NCBI RefSeq assembly: GCF_001194135.2
Contig: NC_068991.1
Span: forward strand, 23,411,793 to 23,454,478
Origin: Octopus bimaculoides
Taxonomy: Eukaryota
Reading direction: 5' to 3'
DNA: 42,686 bases
Of the stretch, positions 26,601 through 36,549 are shown piece after piece (the first letter of the stretch is position 1; every line of letters begins with the position of its first letter). The position numbers and the translations under genes were made by a program. Under the pieces are notes generated by a model that saw only the letters and a list, made by a program, of their open reading frames with translations, searched no databases and was not told the DNA's origin.

Positions 26601-29600
26601 GTTATGTATCAACATCAGCATCATTATTCTCTTCATCATCGTCATTTTCATTATTGTTATCATTACCATGACCATCACTCAGACTGTCTTCCTTATTTTC
26701 ATCATCACTATTTTCATCAACACCATCATCATCATTTCTAAGCCATCATTTGGACCATCTTCATTTTTTTAGTCATTCCTTTTCTCACCATCATCACCAC
26801 CACCACCACCACCACAACCATCATCATCATACTTATTCCCATCATTATTTTTATCATTATCCTCTTTGTTATCATTGCTTTTATTCTTATCATCACCATC
26901 ATTTTTGTTATCACAACCATTATCATCATCTCTACAATCATCATCATCACCAATATGATCACCATCAACAACATCATCACCATCTTCTACTCCACATTCA
27001 TAGAGTGTAGCATAAAACGTTAGATATTTCTCCACATTTTAAACATATCAGTTCCTCTCTGTAATAAACCGTTTCTAATAATAAAACTGTAAAACCCTTC
27101 TTACACTAGATATTTCACCACAACCTCACAAACATATCTGTCCAATCACTCTCTATAATAAAATTGTAAAGCCTTTCTTACCTGACTGGCATTCACAATA
27201 GCTTGAAAACCTGAACCACACAACCTGTTCACTGTGTATGAAGGAACAGGAATAGGGACACCAACACGCAGCCCAACGTGACGGGCAATGTAAATGGAGT
27301 CGGCGGCACTCTGAAAGGAAATCAGACCAGAAATTTAGAGAACAATGTATTTGGTTTTTAATTCTTATTTCTTAGATTAATCACAAGAAGAGGGATTTGT
27401 AAAAACAGCAGGATGTTTCAGTTTTGGGCAGCCTCAATATATATGTTTGTACTTTGTCGTGATTTTATTACTGTTGGCAGATTAGCAAACACTCACTCCC
27501 CAACATATTATATATGTCTTGCCTTGGGCCCTTTAAACTGTCATACTATATGGTGTGTTTTTTTGGTGTTTTTAGATCTGGTGGAGACCATCTTTTTCTC
27601 CAGGTCTGACTAAACTGATTTCTTCTAGAAGAGAGCAAGACAAATAGACATAAAGAAAGAGTGAGTGAAAGTGAAGAATTTACTCCAGTATAGAACTGGT
27701 ATTTTATTTATTAACCTCAAAAGGATGAAAAGCTAAAAGACAAAACTGACCTCAGCAGGATTTGAACTCAGAGCACAGAGATCTGGAACAATTACCACAC
27801 AGTAATTTATCTTTATTTTCTAACAACTTTACCAACTGAGCCATAGAATATTGCCCCAAGAGTATTGTAATTTGCTTGAAGCACTGCAACATGTAAACAA
27901 TTTGAATATATTTTATGAAGACTTTTAAGCAATGCAAGGGAGAAGTTAGATAAAATATGTAAGGTGATGTCAATAAAGACAAAGACAAGTTATTGTATTA
28001 CTTTACATAGATTGCTTAATGCAAATAAGAGTACTCTTTTATTCCAATGTCTTGACCAGGTTAAATTTACAAATACTACTAGAAAATTATTCAGTCTTTT
28101 GGAGAAACATGCCAAAATCAGTCGCCAAATGAATTTCCTCTGCAGCTTATAACACACCACATGGTTTGTTGCTACTGATACTATCTAACTTATAGTTCAG
28201 CTTTTGTCCAACGACCTTTCCCACTAGCCCTTTGCACACCCACAATAACTACTTGCTAGGACATCTACAACTGCTGCTTATGACACCATGTCACCTGCTA
28301 TTACTGATACTATCCATCTTCACCAGTCATAACTATCAATACAGTAATCCATCAATGCTTTCCATCACAACAAACTAGAATGGCCTGTCAGTAATAATAA
28401 TTTTTCTCCAAACTCCTGGATTATTTTCTAACTTATATCTGATAAAGGGAAGTTTTCTCAAAAGATAATAAAAGCATTAAACAACCAACATAAAGTGATA
28501 CTTTATCCTTGTCTTTAATGGCATCACCTAACATGTTTTACTCAATTTCTCACTTGTTGACAAACCAGCCACCCCCACCAAACTTTCTCAGTGAGGCAGG
28601 TGATTTTGGACACCCTACAGGATGAAAACCAGGAGCTGCCAAAGGGTAGAGGAATCCAAGAAGTCAACAGCCACTCAATGTAGTCAAAGGTAGATGGGGC
28701 TCACCAGTTGTAGTGAAGACAATCGACTTAGAAGGAAATCTCTGAAATATAAATCATTCTGTGATGACATGCAACTAGCTAATATGTGTGTGCATGTGTG
28801 TAACTACCTTCTTTCAGTTTCTGGCAACCATATTCAGCCACAGGGCTTTGGCTGACAATGAGAAATAGTAAGAAAAGACTTGCCCAACTTGTCCAAGGTG
28901 CTGCACAATAAGAATGTTGGTATAGCTGTCATATGTGACTGAGAAGTAAACTGCTTAACCACACAACCATTCCTGTACCTCAGTTCTATATTTAAGAGAT
29001 GAGGAATTATGTACATTATTTACATTTGATGGATATTTGTCCTCATCTTGTTTGTTGTTAACACAACGTTTCAGCTGATATACCCTCCAGCCTTCATCAG
29101 GTGTCTTGGGGAAATTTCAAACCTGGATTCTCATTCCTAAGGTATTTTTCTATGTTATTATTATTATTATTATTATTAAGCAACAACTACCCCGCAAAAA
29201 ATATTATCTACTTCAATTATGAAGAAAAGAAAGGATGAAACCAATAAACTGTCTACAGTCTGTCTACCCTATGTGAAAGGCCTCTCCAAAAAGATACAAA
29301 AAATATGCAGCCCATATGACATCAGGAGAGTATTCAAGAGTAATACAGCACATTGCAAATATCTCCTTTCGGTAAAACCAACAATAGGTTAACTTTGCTG
29401 CCACTGTCAGAAACATTGCTGGTGCTGTTGCTGGTATTGCTGCTAGTCTGTGATCCTGGTGCTGCAGTTGCCACCAGCAAGGTTAACTTTGCTGCCACTG
29501 TCGGAAACATTGCTGTTGTTGCTCTTGTAGCTGCTGGTATTGCCATTGTAGCTGCCACTGCTACTTGGCATGCTGCTAGTGTGACTGCCACTGTTGCCAC

Positions 29601-30170
29601 CATTGCAAGTGCTATCGCTCAAACAAACTGACCCAGTTTGGCTTCTTTAATGTCATTGCTACCCAAAAAGAACTGACAGGAACCTCTTCACTAAGTGTCT
29701 AGTATCTACAATCCTATGAAGTCACAGACATCTACATTATCAAAGGCTCCCATCACCACATCAGAGAGGTATGCTGGCAAGTGAGTCTTTAATAATTAGT
29801 CAGATAGCAAAAGGTTTTAGTGTGTTGGTCAGTTTGTCAGCCAGAATAAGTCATTAGAAATATATTTTTTCCTTACATACTCACAAAAAAGATATAGAGT
29901 TAAAATAAAAAAGACAATTTACCTGGATAACATTTCCAATTATGACAGAATTAATCATTTCAGGTTTCACGTTAGCCGATGCTAAAGCTGCTTTGGCAGC
30001 AACTTCAGCCAGGTCAGTTGGAGACTTCATTTTCAGCTTACCTCCAAAAGTACCAAAAGCTGTTCTCTTGGCAGCAATAATGAAGACATCTTTTACAGCT
30101 GAAAATGAACAAATCATAAATAATAAATGAATAAATTGGTTAATTAATAATAATAATAATAATAATAATG

Positions 30171-30206
<36 letters not shown>

Positions 30207-32337
30207 GTTTCAAATTTTGGTACAATACAGGAAGACCATATGACTTTAGGACATCGAATGTCTCCCCCACCATCACTACTACCACCACATCTAGATGTGC
30301 CCAAGTCTGTGTAGCAGCCCCCACTCCCTTGTACAAGTTTTAATATGGAGAAGTTTTGGTTCTAAGTCAGAAGATGAAGCCATTGGGATGGGAGGACCAA
30401 TGAAGAGAGAGAAGGTATCTATGACATGTTGAATGCTGAAATATACTAATATATTTATTATATACAGTGAAACCAGGAAGTTGGATGGGGGAGAAAAAGT
30501 GTGTAAGGTTAATTCCACTACTCATAAAAGCAGAAAATAAAAACATAATGGGGAAAAATGTAAGGTAGTTGTTTATCAAGAATTTTCATTTGGCAGCTAA
30601 TTTGCTATCACCACTAATTTGTTAACTGATTATTCCACCTTTTGTCCATATTTTCCTCACTATTTTGCCCAAATTTAAGTGGACAGTTCTCCCACCCCTA
30701 CTGCCCTGGTTCATATGCTTCTCCGCCCATGCTTGCATGTGTGTATGTGTTATAGATTCCACATATAAATTTTGAAGTGTTCAACACACACTTTTTGCCA
30801 AATGTTAAGATAGAAACTTATGTGTATAAATAGGCAAATATACTTTTAACAGTTGTCACCTATTTTTGTATCAGACTGAAATAGACAAGATTTACAATTC
30901 TTGTAGCAGCCATAAACAGAAACTAAGTAAATTTTGTTGTTCTTTTGTCAAGTAGAACCAGTTACAAAGTTTTACCTTCATTTCAGTCAGATATGAAAAT
31001 AGGAAACAACCACATACCTCACTCATGGTTCCAACCATCAACAACACACAACTAAACTTACAATCACTTCAAATGCAAGGCTACACTATCACTGGACATA
31101 ACAGCTACTGTATCCAAGTCCTATAGTTTCCTTTTAAAAATAAATTTTGTTTGTATTATACACATTCCTGTTAAATATTATGAGGGCAAACGTTTAATTT
31201 GCTAGAAATAGCAGTCAAATCCCCTTCAAATCACGCCCTGCAGTGTGTTTTAGAAATGAATGACACATTAGAGAATGTAATCCCAAACACATTATCAGAG
31301 AGAGAGAGAGAGAGAGAGTGAGAGGCAGGACAAAGTCCAAATCTATCCAGAATGTAGGGCTTCAGAAAAGCCATACTAATGCTTGTCAGGTCTTAAAAAA
31401 CGTGCTGTTCATAATTTCGTCATACACAGATAGGGGTTAATTAAACAAAATAAGCAAAAATTTTCTGCATGTTTTTCTCAGAATTTTGAGCTTTAGAACG
31501 TTGTTATTGTTTTTAACTTTCCATAAGAATTGTGCCAATAGTGTGTGTGTGTGTGTGTGTGTGTGTAAGAAGTCACAATGAATAGGAAACACTGGCCAAC
31601 TCTCAAGAGAGTTCGACTTTGACAGTTTGATTTGGCCAAATCATATTAACTGAAGCTAAAATTTTCGCTTGGTGTCCTGTAGCTTGAGTGATAGCAAAAT
31701 TTACTCAAGTACAAATTCACTAACTTGTGACTGTGTATGGATGTGTCATTCCTCTCCTTATGATATAAATTTCTAACATAGGCATAGCAAGATGGATTTA
31801 ACCTGTTTGATCGATCCAGTACATTAAATGACACTTATTTTATCGATTCCAAGAAGATGAAAGACACAGTTGACCTCGATGAGATATTAAATTCACAGCG
31901 TAAAGGCCACTACTATAATATTAATTTCATTTTTGTGATCCTGTGACAATGACCAAACATTTTACGTGTATGTTGGTGACTGGGGTTGACGGACGTATCA
32001 AATACGCAATCCATCGCTTTCCGTTTCGCCTGCTAGCGACTACCAACTAAACCAACTCTAAAATACGATTCTTTTGAGGTTACTTCTTCCAGGGGACTTT
32101 GGCTCTGGATTCGTTTATATTTAGGCTACATTTAAACAAACATTTAAATAAACGTAGATAAAAAAGGATGAGAAAAATAAAAGGTTTCCTGCCTACTAAG
32201 GAGAACATGATTAATAGTCGTTAAAGTAATTTTAACTATAATTTTCATCATTGGTTTCCAACGAATGTAAAGGTGTTTTAAATATAAAACGTTCTATCAA
32301 GTATGTAAAAGAAAAACTTACTCCGGGCAATGACCAT
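7376..32337 (-). CDS. ACAA2: Mitochondrial 3-ketoacyl-CoA thiolase (acetyl-CoA acyltransferase 2), 11 coding exons, 398 aa
   Basis: Manually spliced exons of 16,176,129,117,148,60,113,103,98,155,82 nt sum to 1197 nt in one open frame, and all introns are GT..AG. The protein starts [25 protein letters not shown] and contains NRLCGSGFQ (nucleophile Cys), [37 protein letters not shown] (His) and SACIGGGQG (second Cys). It ends TENL*. Confidence 0.96.
8269..8920. repeat. 31-bp minisatellite, about 20 units (GACTAGTCTGGCTGTCAGTCAAATATGGCTC)
   Basis: Units start at 8269, 8300, 8331, 8362, 8393, 8424, 8455, 8486; later units diverge. Confidence 0.92.
9800..10060 (-). mobile_element. RTE-like reverse transcriptase remnant
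   Basis: Minus strand RYAGD (degenerate YADD), then [22 protein letters not shown] and a downstream KYFRT (degenerate KYLG). Confidence 0.65.
10309..10650. repeat. Interspersed repeat built of about 60-bp GC-rich subunits (gccagtgccgcctgactggc...tggcacgtaaaagcacc)
   Basis: Three forward subunits followed by inverted ones. A homologous copy in opposite orientation lies at 14824-15057. Confidence 0.75.
11358..11889. mobile_element. Foldback MITE / non-autonomous DNA transposon with long inverted arms
   Basis: 11388-11426 and 11836-11874 are reverse complements at 38/39 nt, and the complementarity continues inward for about 140 bp per arm. Outer ATTACCCT...AGGGTAAT. Confidence 0.85.
14093..14247 (-). 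CDS. ACAA2: ACAA2 exon 10 (NEAF motif and catalytic His)
   Basis: gattttag|[51 protein letters not shown]+AA|gtaagt. Confidence 0.95.
14824..15057 (-). repeat. Inverted copy of the 10309-10650 repeat family
   Basis: gagccagtcaggcggtactggcaac is the reverse complement of the gccagt(a/g)ccgcctgactggc unit. Confidence 0.75.
15281..15378 (-). CDS. ACAA2: ACAA2 exon 9
   Basis: ctcttccag|(G)[32 protein letters not shown]|gtaagt. Confidence 0.95.
15400..15830 (+). mobile_element. Two decayed copies of a tRNA-headed repeat whose body matches the 28981-29150 hammerhead-bearing element
   Basis: B-box-like gagttcaatc in both copies. Shared caagacacct..gaaggctggag, caagatgagg and aattcctcatctc..aaatatagaa blocks. 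Confidence 0.65.
16381..16483 (-). CDS. ACAA2: ACAA2 exon 8
   Basis: actaaag|[34 protein letters not shown]+G|gtaagt. Confidence 0.93.
18993..19105 (-). CDS. ACAA2: ACAA2 exon 7
   Basis: attacag|(G)[37 protein letters not shown]|gtaatt. Confidence 0.95.
19452..19862 (+). mobile_element. Probable solo LTR (Gypsy-like)
   Basis: TGTAGT...ACTA(A)A termini, AGGT duplicated on both flanks (19448-51 and 19863-66), internal TATA-like tatatattt and AATAAA near 19750, CpG-rich. Confidence 0.6.
20010..20280 (+). mobile_element. RTE-type LINE 3' end
   Basis: [11 protein letters not shown]...[21 protein letters not shown]...ELEKGGHSW followed by a (GAA)-like tail. Confidence 0.8.
21242..21560 (-). mobile_element. 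Third SINE family, antisense copy (sense copy at 41150-41495)
   Basis: Shares ggagtgctcagccacttgca..ttaatttcatgagcaggctgttc..tgatc..atca.ctggaaccctc with 41400-41470. Confidence 0.8.
22321..22352 (-). ncRNA. Degenerate minimal hammerhead ribozyme core
   Basis: CUGAUGA-GGCAAUAAGAUGGUU-GAAA-CAUGU-C. Palindromic ACAUGU and a GUC triplet are present; stems I and II are poor. Confidence 0.4.
22682..22741 (-). CDS. ACAA2: ACAA2 exon 6 (60 nt)
   Basis: ttttccag|(A)[19 protein letters not shown]+G|gtgatt; phase 1 at both ends. Confidence 0.92.
23950..24340. repeat. 29-bp minisatellite, about 13-14 diverged units (CACATGTTCACTAGACAGACCATCATCTG)
   Basis: CACATG recurs at 24037, 24066, 24095 and 24124. 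Confidence 0.88.
24510..24657 (-). CDS. ACAA2: ACAA2 exon 5
   Basis: ttaatag|[49 protein letters not shown]+G|gtaatt. Confidence 0.95.
26467..26583 (-). CDS. ACAA2: ACAA2 exon 4
   Basis: tttgtag|[39 protein letters not shown]|gtaaat. Confidence 0.95.
26610..27000. repeat. Cryptic (ATC/CAC)n low-complexity tract filling most of ACAA2 intron 3
   Basis: Imperfect trinucleotide repeat. Confidence 0.9.
27182..27310 (-). CDS. ACAA2: ACAA2 exon 3 (catalytic Cys)
   Basis: cctttcag|[43 protein letters not shown]|gtaaga. Absent from the supplied ORF track. Confidence 0.95.
29060..29105 (-). ncRNA. Minimal type I hammerhead ribozyme motif
   Basis: GACAC-CUGAUGA-A-GGCUGG AGGGUAUA UCAGCU-GAAA-CGU-U-GUGUU. 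Both core boxes, stem I (5 bp), stem II (6 bp) and palindromic ACGU stem III are present. Confidence 0.75.
29179..29392 (+). mobile_element. Penelope-like element RT-thumb/linker fragment
   Basis: SNNYP, then a 1-nt frameshift, then ...[32 protein letters not shown]...VKP, matching the PLE (N)GYP...LPYV.G.S pattern. Confidence 0.75.
29923..30098 (-). CDS. ACAA2: ACAA2 exon 2
   Basis: ttttcag|CT GTA AAA GAT ... [19 protein letters not shown]...GNVIQ|gtaaat. Confidence 0.95.
30128..30204. repeat. (TAA)n microsatellite next to the exon 2 acceptor
   Basis: More than 20 TAA units visible directly. Confidence 0.95.
32322..32337 (-). CDS. ACAA2: ACAA2 coding exon 1 (MVIAR + phase 1)
   Basis: atcATGGTCATTGCCCGGA followed by donor gtaagt. 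The final A joins CT of exon 2 to give Thr in frame. Confidence 0.85.
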
Positions 32338-33619
32338 GATGAACGGGTTTAGCTGAAGCTTACGCGAAAAGTAGTTTTGTGCGATTGCTGTCAAGTGCTC
32401 TACTAACGTGTAAACAAAATTAAGACCAAGAAATGAGAGTTATCTCCCCCTTAATGAACTTTATCCTTTGAATGAGTTGTATAAGATTATTGTATTATAA
32501 AACATTAAGAAACTTTCTTCGGTTGAAATAAGGTCCTTAGATATTCTTTTCGTGGATTTTTATAGCATTTAGACATTCCTTAAAAAGAATATCATTTTCG
32601 TTTTATACTCCATGTTTTACAATTTGTTAGGACGTGACGTCCTACTTTTTAACCTTGATTACATTCTTTACTTAACGCAGCGAGGGAGATTAAAGAAACT
32701 ATGCAAAATATTGCTGTAATCGACGTCAAAGTTCAACTCGGTTTATGAGTGTACCAGATAAAAAAACATATTATCGCTGCTGTTGTAAATGCTTATATTC
32801 TTGTTGTTTAGCCCCTGGTGAACCCTGATGAAATCGACCTATGATTGAAGGCTTCTCTAGCCTTGCAAATCCCTTTGTAGTACAAATAGGACTACATTAC
32901 AAAGCATTTCACCCTTTTTATATAACGGCTTGGTGTTATCTATGCATTTTTTTTTATTTGTGGCGTAAGCAGTAAGTCATTGGGTCATTACCTTCTACAT
33001 GCACATGCGCTCAAACGCTTTCTTTAATAATTCTCAAACACTACATCAGTGTCCTTAATGTACTATAAAATTAATGGTAACCTCCAGTCATACGCAGTGC
33101 CATCTTAAGCTATAATCATACTAGGTAGTTTCCCGGTATCCCTACGGTTCTTGGGACTAATGCTAATCTATGCATGCTAAGCTTTACTGTTAGAAAATAA
33201 ATATAGGGCTCTGTTGTATTGCTTTGCCCGTGGCTCTATAATATGCTAAGACGTCCCTGATCACACATAAACACACAGATGGAATGGATAATGTTGTTGC
33301 TTAGCCTTAAGTCAGCCTTGAACACAAAGATATGATGAAGGGCTTCCAAGCTAAGACAATCACCTTTTGAATTACTAAAACTACATTATCCTATAGAAAT
33401 ATTAATATTTTTAAGTCTCTCTAAAGGAGACTACGGCAGCGGTACTGGATATTAATAGTTATCGCCAAGCCAACATGGCAGTTCAAAAAATAGGACGAAT
33501 GCTGCCGTTGATTAGCTCCAAGAGGCCATCGCCTCTAGCTAGCTGTATGACACACGAACCCGTGTCCATAATAACCTTCGAACAAGGGAGGTCAGCCGCT
33601 TCCCCTTGCTGGTCTGGCA

Positions 33620-33662
33620 TCTACAGACTAGTTTCAGGGTATTTGCCCCTTATCAACGTAGA
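33620..33662 (-). ncRNA. Minimal type I hammerhead motif with U3-A8 core variant
   Basis: UCUACG-UUGAUAA-GGGG CAAAUA CCCU-GAAA-CUAGU-C-UGUAGA. Stem I 6 bp, stem II 4 bp, palindromic ACUAGU, GUC triplet. Confidence 0.7.
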
Positions 33663-35442
33663 ACAGCTGAACCCAACAGCCGTCGCTACTGATCGTCTGT
33701 ACGAAGGATTATTTACCTAAATTCAGTGGAATACATCCACTGNNNNNNNNNNNNNNNNNNNNNNNNNNNNNNNNNNNNNNNNNNNNNNNNNNNNNNNNNN
33801 NNNNNNNNNNNNNNNNNNNNNNNNNNNNNNNNNNNNNNNNNNNNNNNNNNNNNNNNNNNNNNNNNNNNNNNNNNNNNNNNNNNNNNNNNNNNNNNNNNNN
33901 NNNNNNNNNNNNNNNNNNNNNNNNNNNNNNNNNNNNNNNNNNNNNNNNNNNNNNNNNNNNNNNNNNNNNNNNNNNNNNNNNNNNNNNNNNNNNNNNNNNN
34001 NNNNNNNNNNNNNNNNNNNNNNNNNNNNNNNNNNNNNNNNNNNNNNNNNNNNNNNNNNNNNNNNNNNNNNNNNNNNNNNNNNNNNNNNNNNNNNNNNNNN
34101 NNNNNNNNNNNNNNNNNNNNNNNNNNNNNNNNNNNNNNNNNNNNNNNNNNNNNNNNNNNNNNNNNNNNNNNNNNNNNNNNNNNNNNNNNNNNNNNNNNNN
34201 NNNNNNNNNNNNNNNNNNNNNNNNNNNNNNNNNNNNNNNNNNNNNNNNNNNNNNNNNNNNNNNNNNNNNNNNNNNNNNNNNNNNNNNNNNNNNNNNNNNN
34301 NNNNNNNNNNNNNNNNNNNNNNNNNNNNNNNNNNNNNNNNNNNNNNNNNNNNNNNNNNNNNNNNNNNNNNNNNNNNNNNNNNNNNNNNNNNNNNNNNNNN
34401 NNNNNNNNNNNNNNNNNNNNNNNNNNNNNNNNNNNNNNNNNNNNNNNNNNNNNNNNNNNNNNNNNNNNNNNNNNNNNNNNNNNNNNNNNNNATTTAAAAG
34501 GGCGTAAGCAAACCAACACCGGTTGTCAAAAGGTGGTGAAGGACATACACAAACACTTAGATATATACATAATTCGTACGACGGGCTTTTTTTTTTTTTC
34601 TTTCTATTTCCGTTTACCAAATCCATTAACAAGGTTTTGATAAACCTTGACTATAGTAGAAGACACTTGTCTCGAGTGCCATGCTGTGGTACTGGACCGA
34701 AACCATGGGATTGGGAAGCAAACGACAGCACCTATGTAGAAATCTTTAATGAAATAGGACACTGTACGATGTACGTGTGTGCCTGCATGGTGTATGCTTA
34801 TCATTGTGTATCTGAATATGTAAGTTAATCTCTATATCTAAACCTTTGTGTGTACATGTCCGCATTTTATAAGTGTCTGAATGCATACTTGTGACTTTAG
34901 TGTCCAAAGTTTCCGATCATTTTAGAATTATCACCCCTGCATGTTTTCTTCTATTTTTAAAAATTTTTTTACAAACACCAATAGGTGGAGATTTTATATA
35001 CTAACTGTTTATATCGTTTTTGTTTCTGTGTATCTATTGGAAAGTCTGTGTTAACGTATTCGCTGGAACTGCTTGATATACGTTGTATTCATGTGTATTT
35101 GTATGAATGTATCTGTGAGCCTTACTAAGCTGTGTAGGTATGGCCATTTTTATGTCTGTTAGGACAATATAGTGGTGCTTACAATGTGAATTTATTTAGG
35201 AAAAGTTTGCTTTGTAAGTTTAAAACTCGCTGTATTATATCTGTAAAGCTTCATAGATTGTGTATTTATTACGCAAAACGCTCCCCAAAGGTAATTTTCC
35301 CTGGTCATACAACAGCATTTCTCACAACGGATGGGACAGTTCCCCTCCCTGAAAGGGGCAGTGAGGATTGAAGGAGGGACAGATAACTTGCCAGGTTTTA
35401 ATAAAATTAAGATAGTTTTTTAAACTTTCCTATAATTGTTTG

Positions 35443-35490
<48 letters not shown>

Positions 35491-36514
35491 NNNNNNNNNN
35501 NNNNNNNNNNNNNNNNNNNNNNNNNNNNNNNNNNNNNNNNNNNNNNNNNNNNNNNNNNNNNNNNNNNNNNNNNNNNNNNNNNNNNNNNNNNNNNNNNNNN
35601 NNNNNNNNNNNNNNNNNNNNNNNNNNNNNNNNNNNNNNNNNNNNNNNNNNNNNNNNNNNNNNNNNNNNNNNNNNNNNNNNNNNNNNNNNNNNNNNNNNNN
35701 NNNNNNNNNNNNNNNNNNNNNNNNNNNNNNNNNNNNNNNNNNNNNNNNNNNNNNNNNNNNNNNNNNNNNNNNNNNNNNNNNNNNNNNNNNNNNNNNNNNN
35801 NNNNNNNNNNNNNNNNNNNNNNNNNNNNNNNNNTGAACGGGCAGAATTGATTCACTCCACTCGACTACTGCTGATAAGCTCCTCGGTTGCCGATTCGCCC
35901 AGAGGAAGGAACTGTTTTATATTGCGAATCAAAGAATAAATATTTATACTGTTGAAGTTAACGAAAAATCTTGACTCTTTCTACAGTTAATATTTAATGT
36001 GAAGGATGCGAGCAGCACCCATCCAGTGCGGGAATCTCTCATCCTGTTACACCCTTCAAGGTGGTGCCCCAGCATGGCCGCACTCCAGTAATGGAAACCC
36101 AGCTTCGTCATATCACTAGCGTTCAATATCCCATCGCGTTTGGCCCTACGGCTTTTCAATGTTATTTTCACTGTCTAATTTTTCCTATCTTGGTTTGTGT
36201 TTGCTACCTTGGAATCCTCTATTTAGTGGGTTAATCCACTACTCAGGAAGAAACTATTCTAAGAGTGCGTCCTGCCTTATCCTCGATACGCCTAGTTTTA
36301 GAATAGAGGCAGCTGATGAAGGAATAATTCCATAAGTGGCTTGTTTGTTTTCCTATGTATTCGTTCTGTTGTCTGTAAACAAAGTCCGTTTTTTTATGTT
36401 CTCGTTCATTTTTCTAACGTCCTGTACCCGAATATGCATCTATATATACATGCAGATGTAGGTATGTACATATATGTATGTATACATGCATATGCTTATA
36501 TATCATTTGTATTA

Positions 36515-36546
<32 letters not shown>

Positions 36547-36549
<3 letters not shown>

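Larger units (their letters stand above)
684..35833. other. Six assembly gaps (684-1007, 10769-11357, 14371-14823, 21069-21199, 33743-34491, 35491-35833)
   Basis: N runs; four abut (TA)n tracts. All X-rich ORFs in the track are gap artefacts. Confidence 0.99.

Noticed and set aside
26738-27035. His-, Met- and Asp-rich ORFs on both strands
   Set aside because: These are translations of an ATC/CAC low-complexity tract inside ACAA2 intron 3.
29334-29631. Overlapping Ala/Val/Thr-rich ORFs with an internal direct repeat of about 40 bp (near 29385 and 29480)
   Set aside because: Cryptic CTG/GCA repeat that is open on both strands because of composition. No convincing splice sites or family similarity.
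534-35939. Long ORFs containing X runs
   Set aside because: They span N gaps and (TA)n tracts, so they are artefacts.
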